DNA of 64,000 nucleotides. It comes from the human T2T-CHM13v2.0 reference genome, Homo sapiens. A program made the translations under genes and the position numbers. Location of the stretch: NCBI RefSeq assembly GCF_009914755.1, contig NC_060944.1. One strand, given 5' to 3'. This document shows, in pieces, positions 30,413 through 44,397 of the stretch. Positions within the stretch are counted from its first letter, which is position 1. Every line of letters begins with the position of its first letter. The notes beneath the pieces were generated by a model that was not told the DNA's origin, ran no database searches, and saw nothing but the letters and a program-made list of their open reading frames with translations.

Positions 30413-31604
30413 TAATACAATATAGGGGGTTAAAATATTCTACACTTTTAATCTACAAGGTCTAGCACACAATTACAAAAATGCTGGGAAGACAAAAAGG
30501 CAAGATTAGAACAAAAACCAAGAAAAAATACAGTCAACAGAAATAGAACTACAGGGAATTCAGATATTGGCATTATTTGACAGGGACTTTAAAATAATAA
30601 TTATTAAAACACTCAAAGCACTAGGTGACAGGATGAGGAATTTTGGCAGGGAATAACAAACTGTAGGAGAGAATCAAATAAAATTTCTACTGAGAAATGC
30701 TTGAAAATGAGAGCTCAGTGGATGTGTTTTTGATAGTAGATTAGATGCAGCTGAAAAGAAAATTAGTAATCTGAAAAATAAATTAGAAGAACATATGTAA
30801 ATGAAGCAAAGAAAGATAAAAGGTGGAAAATGAAAGAACATGAGACACATAATAAGATGCAACAGTCTAAAACATGGAATTGGAATCACAGAGGAGAGAG
30901 AGAATATGGAAGAAATACGATTAAAGATATTTGATGAGAATTATTCAAAAATGATAAAAGACATTCATCCATATATTAAAGAAGCTATAAGAACCTTATG
31001 CAGTAAATACAAAGAAAATCATCCCTAGTCATATCATAGTCAAACTGCTTAAAGCTAAAGACAAAGAGAAAACCTTATAAAGCATCCAGAGAGAAGATAT
31101 GTTACTTTCAAAGAAACAAAGATAACAGCTAAAAATAATGGAAGCCAAAAGGCAATAAAATGATAGCTTCAAAGTGCAGGAAAAAAAAACTATCAACCTA
31201 GATTCTCTATCCAGAATACTACTTTTAAAAATTAAGGAAAAATGGAGACATTCTTTGACAAAAGCCAAGATAATTTCTCACCAGAAGATTAATGCTAAAG
31301 AAGATAATAAGTAGTATTCTCCAGGTAGAAGAAAAGTGATCCTTCATGGCAATTTAGGAATTCAGGATGAAATAAAGAACAATGTAGAGGATAAATAATA
31401 AATGGATAGATCTAAATGAACACTGATTGCATAAATTAATATGTTTATCTTTTTATATGATAGGGTTTGTAATGATAATAGGTTTATTATTGTGGTAACA
31501 TGTTTATAATTATTACATTAAGATAATATACAGTTGACTCTTAAACAACACTGGGGTTAGTGGTGGTGACCTGCTGCACAGTTAAAAATCCATGTATAAC
31601 TTTT

Positions 31605-31756
31605 TATTGATTTATTTTTAATTACAATTTTTTAAATTTAAGAGATAGGTTTTGCTATGTTGCCCAGGCTGGTCTCAAACTCATGGGCTCAAGTGATCAA
31701 CCCACCTCAGCCTCCAAAACTGCTGGGATTACAGGTATGAGCTACTGCACCTGGCC
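31605..31756 (-). mobile_element. FLAM/left-arm Alu monomer
   Basis: Monomer flanked by long TSD AAAAATCCATGTATAACTTTT. Confidence 0.88.
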
Positions 31757-31912
31757 AAAAATCCATGTATAACTTTTGACTCCTCAAAAACTTAACTACT
31801 AATAGCCTATTGCTGATCAGAAGCCTTACTGAAAACACAAATAGTTAGTTAACACATATTTTATAAGTTACATGGATTGTATGCCATATTCTTATAATAA
31901 AGTAAGCTAGGG

Positions 31913-31976
31913 AACCTGCACATTGTGCACATGTACCCTAAAACTTAAAGTATAATAATAATAAAATTAAAAAAAA
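31913..31976 (+). mobile_element. Ultra-short young L1PA 3' end (L1PA2-4-like)
   Basis: AACCTGCACATTGTGCACATGTACCCTAAAACTTAAAGTATAATAATAATAAAA. Confidence 0.9.
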
Positions 31977-32291
31977 TCATAAGGAAGAGAAAATATATTT
32001 ACTATTTGTTAAGTGGTGTGTGGATCATCATAAAGGTCTTCATCCTTGCCGTCTTCATACTGAGTAGGCTGAGGAGCAAGAGGAAGAGGAGGGGTTGGTC
32101 TTGGCTGTCTCAGTGGTGGCAGAAGTGAAAGGAAATCTATGTGTAAGTAGACCTATGCAGTTCAAACCCACGTTGTTCAAGGGTCAACTATACATAGAAT
32201 TGAAACACATGACAATAAAAACATTTAAATTAGGAGGTAGTAAGTGGAGTTAAAGTGTTCCAAGGACCTTTTGTTTTCTGACAAATGGTAA

Positions 32292-32665
<374 letters not shown>

Positions 32666-33100
32666 GACTTATTTTTTCTGGTACATCAGGGATGTATGTT
32701 GCAATCTCTAGGTAAATCCATAAGACAGTAAAAGAATGTATAAATAATAAGATAATTGAGAGTGTTATGTAATAATACATATTGAATATTTTCAAAAAGA
32801 AAATAATGAAGATGGGAAAAAGGGAGCCTATACTAGATGATGCAAAAGAAAGGTAACAAGATGATAATATATTTAAAATCGAATGAATTACATATTTTAA
32901 TTAAGGGATGAAGATTATTAGACTGTTTAGAAAAACAAAGTCAACAATATGCTGCTTACAAGGGACTATCATAAACAGGAGGATAGATTGAAAATAAATG
33001 GATAGAAAAAGATAGATGAAAAGAAAGCTGAAATAGCTTTGCTAATATCAGACAAAGTATAATTTCAGGCAAAAATATTACTAGAGGTAAAGAGGGATAT

Positions 33101-33397
<297 letters not shown>

Positions 33398-33942
33398 TAA
33401 AAGAGATATTTCATAATGATAAAAAGTGTAATTCATAAGGAAGATTTGGAAATTTAAAATTCATTTATATCAAATAATGTAATCTCAAAGTCAACAAAAC
33501 TAAAAGAAAATAGATAAGCCCACAATCACATTAAGGGATTTTAATATGATCCGATGAAATAAAAAGGTATAGGTTTACAATATTTGATCAACATGATTAA
33601 TAAGTTGGCCTAATTGACATACCTACAACATTGCACCCAACAACTACAGAATACACATTATTTTCAAGAGCTTATGGAACATTTAACAAAGCAGACCATA
33701 TGTTAGGCCATAAGGCAAGTCTCAACAAATTTCAAAGAACTGAAATCACACAGAATATGTTATCTGGCTATAGTAGATTTAAGCGAGAAATTAATCCAAA
33801 GATAACTAGAAAATTGCCCATGTGTTTGGAAAATAAACCATACATTTTTAAATAACTGATGAGTCAAAGAAGAAATTACAGTGGAAACTAGAAAATATTT
33901 TCAACCAAATGATAATGAAAAGATTACCTATAAAAACTTGTC

Positions 33943-34329
33943 GGAATTTTTACTCTGATCAAGATGAAGTACAGGGGCTGGATTTACCCTTCTGCTTTAA
34001 GCTACTAAAAAGTAGACAGACAAATGAAACAACATATATGATCACATATAATGGTGATTATATGAATAATTAAATTTCTATAACAGAAACAAGTGCACCA
34101 AAATGAGAACTCAGTGGATAGGTTTGATAGCCGCTTAGATGCAGCTGAAGAGAAAATTATTGTCCTGTATATAGGGGCATAAGGTTATTTTTGGGAAGTG
34201 ACAGAGCTCTTCTCTGTCTTCACCATGGTGGTAGTTACACAACTGTATACATCTGTCAAAACTTGGAGCTGAACACTAAAAAGTGGAATTATTTTATGTA
34301 GATTATACCTTCATAAAAAATGGGAAAAA
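33943..34329 (+). mobile_element. Internally deleted L1M (L1MC-like 5' end + ORF1-like segment + L1 3' end) nested in host ORF2
   Basis: 5' end CAAGATGAAGTACAGGGGCTGGATTTACCCT; 3' end GGTAGTTACACAACTGTATACATCTGTCAAAACT...TTATACCTTCATAAAAAA; host ORF2 resumes at ~34651. Confidence 0.65.
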
Positions 34330-34640
34330 GGCCGGGTGCGGTGGCTCATGCCTGTAATCCCAGCACTCTGGGAGGCCGAGATGGGCAGATCACCTGAGGT
34401 CAGGAGTTCAAGACCAGCCTGATCAACATGGAGAACCCCTCCCCGTAACTAAAAAAAATACAAAATTAGCTGGGCATGGTGGCGCATGCCTGTAATCCCA
34501 ACTACTCAGGAGGCTGAGGCAGGAGAATTGCTTGAACCTGGGAGGCAGAAGTTGCGGTGAGCCAAGATTGCGCCATTGCATTACAGCCTGGGCAACAAGA
34601 GCGAAAGTCCATCTCAAAAAAAAAAAAAAAAAAAAAGAAA
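34330..34640 (+). mobile_element. AluSq/Sp-like
   Basis: Full dimer, AACATGGAGAA, CAACAAGAGCGAAA. Confidence 0.95.
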
Positions 34641-36628
34641 AGTCTTATTAGAGATAACTAAAGCTGTGCTTAGAAGGAAATATACAGCTTTAAATACATA
34701 TATTAAGAAAATAATAAAAAGTAGAAATCAGATCTAAGCATCTGTTTTCATAAATTTGAGAAAGTACAGCAAATTAAACACAAAATAAAAAGAAGGAAAT
34801 AATAATGTTAGGAGTAACAAATAATGAAATTGAAAACAAATATATGAAGGAAAGGCTCACAAAGCCCAAAGCTTGTTGAAAAGATGAATAACATTTTTAC
34901 TCATTTTTGATCCTTAGCAATTGATCAGGAAAAACAGAGAAGGCCTAAAATGATCAGGATCAAGAATTTAAAAAGGGCATCACTATAGGTCAAATGAACA
35001 TGAAAAAACATAATAAGAGGATATTATGAACAACTTTATGACAGTAAATTTAGATAAAATGAACAAATTCCTTTAAAAAACACATCATAAATCTGATACA
35101 AGAAAAAAGTAAAAATATAGAGTCCTTTATCTATTAAGAAAATTGAATCTAATTTAAAACCATTTAACAAGGAAAACTTCAAGCAGGTCTAGATGGTTTC
35201 TCTGGCAAAAAATTTTTAAACATCTGTGGAAGAAATAATACAAATAGACAAATCCTTCCAGTGGATAATAAGGACTCCTTTCTCACTCATTTTAGGAAGC
35301 TATTATAACCCCGATAACAACATCTGACAGGAACATTGTAAGAAAGGAAAATTTTAGACCAATCCCTCTTTTAAGTATAGGCGCAAATATTCTAAACATA
35401 TTAGCACACTTTAAAATCTGGTATATATTAAGAGTAATATGTTAATTTGTGCAAGAAATTAAGAAAAAGTAATACGTCATGACCAGTTGGATATATTTTA
35501 GAAATGCAAAGATAGTTTAACATTTAAAATTCATCAATGCAATTTCCCATATTAATATAATAAAGGCATAAAATTATTTGATTATCTCAATATAAACAGA
35601 ACAAGCTTTTGATAAATTCCAACATTCGTTAGTATAAAAATTCTTAGCAAACTAGGAGTAGAAGGGGAACTTTCTTAGCAAACCAGGAGTAGAGGGGAAC
35701 TTTCTTAGTCTAAAAGGGTATATTTGTAAAAACCTTGGTAAAATGTTGAAAGAATGGATGCCTGCTAAATATGACTGGTACAAAACGTTGTACTGAAGGT
35801 CCTAGTCAGTGCAATAAAACAGACAAAAAATGTATAAAGGTTAGAAAGGAAGAAATAAAATGATCAACAGATGACATATTTGAGTAATTAGAACATCTGG
35901 AAGAATCTGCCAATAAATTATGGGAATAATAAATTAATTTTATCAAAGTCCCTAGATACAAGTTTAACATTAAAAAAGTTGATCTCATTTCTATATAACA
36001 AAGGGAAACAATTATAGAATGAGGTTTTAAAAGCAATGCTATTTACAATAGTATCAAAAATCAAATAGCTAGGAATGAATCCACTGAAAGATATGTAAGA
36101 GTCTCTGCAGAAAACTCTAAAATATTAGGGAGAGAAATGTTAAAAGACATAAATAAATGCAGAGAGATACTATATTCATGAATTGGAAGGTTCGATATTG
36201 TAAAGCTATCAGTTCTCACGAAATCTACAGGTACGGTGCAATCCTCACAATCTCAACAGGTTTCTTTTTTGTGTTTGGAAATTGATAAACTGATTCTTAA
36301 ATTTATACAAAAATGTAAAAGTCCAGGGACAACCAAGACAACCACAGAAAGGACAAAGTTGGAGGAAAGACTTAGTAACAGATGACAATAACGAGGAGAG
36401 TGTAATATTTGTGCAAGGATACACAAGCAGACCAGCAAAAAAGAATAGCAGTTTCTAGAAACAGACCCACAAATATAAAGTAACATGATTTATGACAAAG
36501 GTGGCCTTTCTGAGTAATGGGGAAAGAGTGGTCCTTTCAACAGATATAGCTGGGTCAATCAGCTATCCATAAGGAAAAGTGGTGAAACTTGACTCCTACG
36601 TGAGAATAATCAGTTCCAGGTGGATTTT

Positions 36629-36955
<327 letters not shown>

Positions 36956-38074
36956 TAAAACAATAAAGCCACTGGAGGATAGGAGAATATCTTTACGACT
37001 TTGGGGCAAGAAAAGATTTCTTAAGTAAGGCACGAATAGCACTTACCATAAATGAAAGACCTATACATTGGATTACATTAAAATTAAGAACTTTTGTTCA
37101 TCAAGTCACGTTAAGAAAATGACAATCAGAATGAGTGAGGTGTTTGCAATACAAATTACTGAAAAAAGGGTCATATTCACAATATGTCATGAATTTTTAC
37201 AAAGCAATAAGAAAAGGAATAGGAAAAAAATATAAATAAACTTCACGAAAGAAGATATTCAATGAACTAGTGCTCAGCCTCAATGTTTGTCAGGGAAATG
37301 CAAATGAAATTTGCAATGAGATGCTACTACAGATCCACCAGAATGGCTGAAATTAAAAGGACCAACAATACTAACGATGTAAAACAGCTGGAACTCTCAC
37401 CCACTGCCGTTGGGAGTCTAAACAACCACTTTTGAAAACTGGCTAAAGTATCTGCTAAAGATAAACATACACATGTTTTCTGGCCCATTGTTTCCTTTCC
37501 TAGTATGTAGTCAACAGAATTGTGTATATCTGCACACCAAAGACATAAATATCCTCAAACTAGAATGTATCCAAATGGCCAGCAATAGTATAATGGATTA
37601 AAAATCATAGTACATTCCCACAGTGAAATATTGTACAGTCAAAAAAAGAACAACTTACAACTACTGCAACAATATAAGTAAATCTCAGAAACAATGTTAA
37701 GCGAACAAACCAGACGTGAAAGAGTCCTATTGCGTTCATATAATGTTAATATGTAAACATATAAATTTGAAGTTATTAATATAAAGTTTTAAAACTGGGA
37801 AAACAATTGTTGTCTTAGAAGTCAATAATGTGATTACCTTTGGAAGAGGGGGCAGGAAAGAATGATTGCTAGCAGGCCCAGCAAGTCTTTTGGGATCCTT
37901 TGATGTTCCAGTTTTGACCCGGGTTGGGGTTGCACAGGTAAGCTTGCTTTGTGATCATTCAGTAAGCTGTACACTTAGGACTTCCACACTTTTCTATATG
38001 TGCATTATGCATCAACAAAAAGTTTAAAAGTGCAAACTAGAAATAATAAATATTTGGAAAAGTAATTTCATTTA

Positions 38075-38835
38075 GCAAACAATTAGCGGATGGCTCTGAT
38101 GTGCCAAGCACTGTGCTGAGGAAGCAGTGAACAAGTTGGTCAAGGTCCCTTCCCATAAGGTGCTTACCCCATGTGTGTGTGTGTGTTCTGCAGCAAATCA
38201 AGAATTATAATTTACTCTTGACTGGGAAAGAGCAGGGTGCTATGGGAGCCTGTGGAAAGGGCACCTGACGTTTCTGCAGGCAGTGGTTTCTCTGATGGGA
38301 ACTGAAGGATGACTAAGAGTTGAGCAGGTATTGATCTGCAGTAGCTGAAAAAGAAATAGGAAAAAAGGAGAGTTAAGCAGGTAAAGGAAGTGAAGGAACA
38401 GCACTCCAGGCAGAGGGAATAGCATATGCAAAGGCTCCATAGAGGTAAAAGAACATACATCACTTTTAAAGAACCCAAAGAAGTTCATTGTGAGAAAGTA
38501 ACAGAAAGGTAGAAGAGTTAGGCAGTGGCTGAATCATGAAGGTTCCTCTAAACCATGCCAAGGAGGCTGGGAGGCTGGAGTTTTTTTCTGAGGGCAATAG
38601 GGAGCTGTCCAAGGATAATAATGGGTGAAAGGAGTGGATAATAAGGTCAGATGATCCTTGAAGGGATAATGATGGCTTCTGGATGGTCAAGGGTGGAGGA
38701 ACAGAGAATGGTGAGATGGATGCTCAGAGGAGGCAAAGGAATGGTAGCAGAGAAAAGAATGGGTGAGAAAAAGATGGAGTTTGAGAAAGGTTTAGGAAGA
38801 AGAATAGACAGGACCAGGTGCTGGCTTGGCTTGAG
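38075..38835 (-). mobile_element. L2 fragment
   Basis: TGTGCCAAGCACTGTGCT...CCAGGCAGAGGGAATAGCATATGCAAAGGC...TGAGGGCAATAGGGAGC. Confidence 0.7.
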
Positions 38836-39369
38836 AGGTGGTGGGGCTGACTGTCAATACTTGGGCAGTAGCAAGTCATTTCCAACAAGATTTGCTGGAG
38901 ATGAGCAGGTGACGGAGGTGGCCCAGCCGAGAGAGACCCTCAAGCCTCATCTTGCATTCACCACACAGCAGCTTCGGCTGCTGCACCGTTGCAGTCCTGC
39001 TGCTTCTGGCTAATCTACATCCAACCTTCTGTTCAGAACCAAGCCCTAGGGAGGCTGCTGGGGGAAAGCAAAGCCTGGCACTAAAGAAGCATCCTGACAA
39101 AATAATTACAGTGTCAGCAAGACAGCCGTGAGTTGCAAATAAAATTTAAATAATCCGAGTGCTGCATCCAACCTGGGGGGCTAATTCAAATACTCTATGC
39201 TTCAACTGGGGATCTTTGAATCACCTGCTGACCTGGACTCCCCCCTTCCAGAAGCTGGGAATTGAGGGTTAAGTGGTCTGGGTAATTTGGGACCACCAGG
39301 GGACCCATGATCTGATATTGGCAGCAGGTCAGCACAGTCCTGTGAACCTCCTGATGGCAATGTCTGTGA

Positions 39370-39545
39370 TGACCATCTGTTGTTTTGACCAACCTAGCTC
39401 ACATTCCTTCTTCTGGAAGCAGCACCTTGTTTTTTGTTTTTTTGTTTTTTTTGTTTTGGTGTGTGTGTGGGGAACCTCCCCTTCCTCACTCTTAGTCCAC
39501 TTGGCTCAGATGGATCTGACACCACTCTCCCGCTCCACTGCACTG
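39370..39545 (+). mobile_element. MLT1 (J/K/L-like) LTR 5' part
   Basis: TGTGATGACCATCTGTTGTTTTG...TTCTTCTGGAAGCAGCACC...GGGGAACCTCCCCTTCCTCACTCT. Confidence 0.65.
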
Positions 39546-39584
39546 CAGATGGTAGGTGGGGGCTTCCTGCAGAAAGAGGGGTCT

Positions 39585-39873
39585 TCCCATGAAGTTCCTG
39601 CGAGGATTGGATTGGTCCCGCCTGGGCTATGTGCCCATCCATGACCCAGTTTCTGTGGCTTCGAGGTGGGGCACTCTGATTGGTGATTGGATGGACAGGG
39701 GCCATATGCCACCCTTCCGATGGAGAGGGTGCGTTGAGTCACTCACAGCTGCACGAGGGCAACAGGGCAGCTATCGAATGATATCTTTTTCAGAAATGGG
39801 TTCCTCCGAGCAATGACAGGGGAAAGGAGGGCGGATGACCTCTATCCCTGCCCCAGTTCACATCTCCAGCTTC
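39585..39873. repeat. Copy 1 of ~290-bp direct duplication (MLT1-like piece plus flank)
   Basis: Aligns with 41622-41880. Confidence 0.9.
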
Positions 39874-40254
39874 CTTCCCCACAAATTCGTATATTTTTGT
39901 CTTCCCAGCCGCTGTCTCCCTTCTTTTGACAACAAAATATGAATCTTCCCATCTCTCTTCTCTTGTGCAGCTTGGAGAGACCGTTGGTCCAGGCTTCCTG
40001 CCCTCTTCTGTCAGGAGCTGGGCCTGGGACTGAGGTTTGTGTGGGTCTTTGACTCAAGGATTAAAAATGGCGGGTGCTGCCTGGGGCAGGATGACGCCTA
40101 GCCGACTTTCCACCCACGCTACCCAGACCCACGGGGTTGCCCTGGTTCCTGCCCTTTCCCAAACCCGGCTTTTTAGCTTTCCTTTTATCTTTTGGGCCAG
40201 CCCATATTCCTTTTATTTTTTTAAAAAAATCTTAACCCTTTGATCTTTCTTTTT

Positions 40255-40715
40255 GTGAAAAATTATGGTAAAATTCACATTACACTAACCATTGTAAAGC
40301 GTACAATTCAGTGGCGTTTAGTATATTCACAATGCTGTGCAACCAGCCCTTCTATCCCGTTCCAAAACATTATCATCGCCCGGAAAGGAAACCCCTTACC
40401 CGGGAAACAATCGCTTCCTCTTCCTGTCTCTCCCCAGACCCTGGCAACCAAAACTGCTTTCTGTCTCTGGATGTACCTATTCTGGATATTACATGTAAAT
40501 GGAGTCATACAATACATGAATTTTTGCGCCTGGCTTCTTTTGGTTAACAAATGGTGTTTGAGGGTCACTTGCATTGTAGCCTGTGTTAATGCCTCATTCC
40601 TTTCTAAGGCTGGAGAATATTCCCTTGTATGGATAGACCATATTTTACGTAACCATTCGTCAGCTGATGGCCATTTGGGTTGTTTCCACCTTTTGGCTGT
40701 TGTGAATAGTGCTGC
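40255..40715 (-). mobile_element. L1MB-like 3' end
   Basis: CTATTCTGGATATTACATGTAAATGGAGTCATACAATA...GATGGCCATTTGGGTTGTTTCCACCTTTTGGCTGTTGTGAATAGTGCTGCT. Confidence 0.88.
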
Positions 40716-41621
40716 TAGGCTCACGTTCTCTCAGTACATTTTTTTTTCTCTTACGTTTTCCAGAATTGGCTTCTGTTCATGGCTATTGAGAAATCCTTAC
40801 TGATGGAATGCCAAAAAGGCTTTATTTTCAGGGCTCCAGAACACATAGTCCGAGGAAGGTGAAAATGTAAAAAACATCTCCGATGAATTAGACTCAGCAG
40901 GGAACGGTCCCAGTTCCGGGAGGACTTTTGTGAATGATCACTGAACGCCGTGGTTGGTGCCTCAGCTCGGGGCCCTCTGAGAGGTGCCATTTGCTGAGAA
41001 TGCTTTGGAGAAAGGAAGCCAAGAAGGCACTCCTCAAAGGATGGCAGCTGGGATCATTTTAAGTTTTTATCCATCCCCTTTGGAATGGAGAGGAGCTAGG
41101 GAAGCGAGCCTTTGGGGACTCAATGATTGCAGCCCTTCCCCCAGCTGGTCCAACAGTAAAGCGACAGATACATGCTGAGAGAGCAGAAGCTTTTAGGTGC
41201 TGATTATAACTTGGGTGACAAGTGACAAGATGCAGGCAGGCCTGGGTAAGATAAAAAGATCGCAGCAGCTGACAGCTATTGATGCTTCCTGCACACCCTG
41301 CTCTGTGCTGAACCCTCTGCAGGCATCGTCTCATTTACCCCTCACAGCAGCCTACGGGGAAGGCACTAGTGCTAGCCTCACTCTGCAGAGAAGAAGGGGG
41401 TGCACAGAGTGGCTTAGGCACTCGTCCCAGATCACAGCAGGAAGTGGCAGAGTGGTGCTCTTAAAACAGTGAAGAGGAGGCTGTAAAAGGCAGCTCAGCA
41501 TCTGGCTACATGTGTATCTGTGTCCTGTTTCACAGATGCCTTAATTCTCTTCCAGGGAATCATGGAGGTTCCTCTCCAGGGGAGAAGTGGGGCTTACTGA
41601 GTGGGAAGTTTGGGGGTTCAG

Positions 41622-41880
41622 TTCCATGAGGTTCCTGGGAGGTTTGGATTGGTCCTGTCTGGGCCATGTACCTGTCCATGCCCCAGTCTCTGTGGCTGGG
41701 AGATGGGGCACTCTGACTGGTAATTGGGTGGACACGGGACATATGCCACCTCTCTGACAGAGAGGGTGGGTTGAGTTACTCACAGTTGCACAAACTCAGA
41801 AATGGGTTCCTCTCAGCAATGACAGGGGGAAAGAATGGCAGATGACCTCTGTCCCTGCCTCAGCTCACACCTCCAGCTCC
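41622..41880. repeat. Copy 2 of ~290-bp direct duplication
   Basis: Aligns with 39585-39873 apart from one ~30-bp indel. Confidence 0.9.
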
Positions 41881-43434
41881 ACAAAGAGCAATGGTCCTGG
41901 AGTCACTTGCTGGCTGGGTGAATTAGGCAAATGACTTAGTATTTCTGAACCTGTTTTTCTCATCTGCATAAAGGAAACAATAGCAGGCTCTCTCTCATAG
42001 GATGATTGTGAGGATTAAATGAGCTAATGTTTGCAGAAGTCCTTTATCAACTGTGATAGCCCCATGGATTTGCTTTATCTTCTACTTGGTACCCCTCCCT
42101 GTCTCCCTTATTATTAAGGTGTGTCTGTGGCCCAGTCACCCCAGGGCAGGAGTGGTCTGCTCCTTGCAAAGTGAGCGCTCATCTAATAAGCATGTTGGGT
42201 GCCGATGGGTTAAGAGCATCCTTGTGAAACTGAGGATAGCTAATAATGATCATCTGTGATATGTTTCAAGCACTGAGCCACGGGCTTGCCATACAGCCAT
42301 GTGACCCTCACGCGATTCCTCCCAGGTAGGGTCTGGTATTATGCTCACTTTATTGAATAAGGACACTGAGGCTCAGAGAGGGAGGGAATGTGCAGAAGGA
42401 CCCTCAGCTAATGAGGTTCAGAGCTGGAACTCGAACCTAGGTCTTTCAGATTCAACCTGTGGCCTTACCAATGGTGCAATAGCCCTTTGTGCAGCTAAAG
42501 TTGGCCTTCCCACACAGCAGAGAGTGCTTGGGAGAGCAGCTTTTGGCCAGCATTCGACAGGGGCATTTCTTGACTCACTAGAGCAATCCAAATGTGTAAC
42601 TTGCTGCCTTTCCTACCCGTGGGCTGCTCCAGTATCTTGCAGAGAGCGTGGGGTGGGAGTGGGGAAAGATGAAGAGACACAGGGCAGTCCTTGGGGATGG
42701 CAGCATAAGTGTACAGCACCAGTGCTAATAATCAGCAGCTCAGTGAGTGCTTATTCAACACACATTCATTCATTCGTACATATGTGGGAGTCAGGTATGT
42801 TTTGTTTTTAGGGTTTACAGGGACCTATGGGGGAAATGAAGGGATGCTAAGGTACATTCCTTACTGTGGTGGGCATCTGATGTTGTAAATCCCTCTTTCC
42901 CGCCTCTTCTGATAACAGCACCAGTGCTCTTTTGGAGGACGTACCCACTCCGGTTCAGGTGGCTGAGGAGGGGCTGAGCACCGCGTCCTCTGACCAAGGT
43001 TAGCAGTTCCGGGGTGGGTCAGCCTGTGTGGAAGGCAGCAGAGCTTGGAGATGCAACATCCAGAGGGGATCTCTTAGCCTACTGGATCCAGTTAGATGTG
43101 TCCCTAGAGTTTTCACTTATGAGAGGCAGTAAGCCCCTTTAAATAATCAACCCCGTTTGAATAGAGTTTCTACCATATGCACACTTGACCACAAGGAGTT
43201 TATGATCTCACCGAAAAAAACAAGAAGGAATAGCCTTCTACTTGATTGTTATACTTGCATGTGCATATAGGTATATACATCTGTTTATGTTTAAGAGATT
43301 ATTCTATGTTTAAGAGATTATCCTATACTCACGAAGAGCTGGATTTTAGTTCTGGCTTTGACTCTAAGTCATAGTGTGAACATGGGCCAACACCACTTCC
43401 TCTCTGAGCCTCAGTCTTCCCATCTGTGAAATGA

Positions 43435-43775
<341 letters not shown>

Positions 43776-44397
43776 CTTTCACTGTTATATACTAGGAATT
43801 TAAGATTAGTATCTGTGGGATGGCTGGAGACAAAATAATGAGAAACCAAGAAAACATTGATGTGCCCTCCGCTAGCCTCAGCATTCTGCTTGTTGATGCA
43901 GAAATGAGAAGGACCTAGGACCTGACTGGAAGGAGGAGCCGGGATTTGTGTATGGGAGGCCGCAGCAGCCTGGCCATGGGTTCTGCTGCCTCCTGCAGAT
44001 GCGTAAAACATTGATAAGGATGATGCCTGCAAAGCGCCCTTCACAGATGGCTGTGGGCTGTACCCGGAGCGCGGGGAAGGAGATGAGAAAAGTAAGAGCA
44101 GTTGGCTTCAGATCAGCCCCAGATAGTGGCATGGGGATTGAAGCTTTTAACACAGACCTTGAATGCCCGTGACCCACAGGAACAGTGGCCAATGTTCTAA
44201 ACTAAGGAGATGCAAAAACATCCAGCTCAGTCTCCTCTGCCTCTCAGACTCCAGACATGTCAGAGGAGGATATGACAACAAGCTTAGAGAGGCAACTGGC
44301 TTTTTCCCCTGAATCTCTGGTGGAACCGATCCTCCTGAGCTGAGATAACCATTTACACTATTGATTGACTGATTGATTTCTAAAGGTGAAAAGCATA

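Larger units (their letters stand above)
31531..32190 (-). mobile_element. Tigger2a-type MITE (interrupted by an Alu monomer and an L1PA fragment)
   Basis: TA-CAGTTGACTCTTAAACAAC ... GTTGTTCAAGGGTCAACTA-TA terminal inverted repeats. Confidence 0.88.

Noticed and set aside
35640-35710. ~31-bp tandem repeat (also 19-bp x2 at ~43286-43322 and ~24-bp x3 at ~20985-21050)
   Set aside because: Ordinary slippage duplications with no spacers; not CRISPR-like or functional arrays.
40240-40803. 187-aa and 138-aa overlapping ORFs (also 51125-51472, 51457-51804)
   Set aside because: They are remnants of the L1 ORF2 C-terminus/3'UTR (AALFTIAKRWKQPKCPS motif) and their antisense frames.
39585-41880. Direct repeats as the paired LTRs of a provirus
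   Set aside because: The intervening DNA is an L1MB fragment, MIR and unique sequence with no recognisable MaLR/ERV internal region, and the repeats lack TG...CA ends and TSD.
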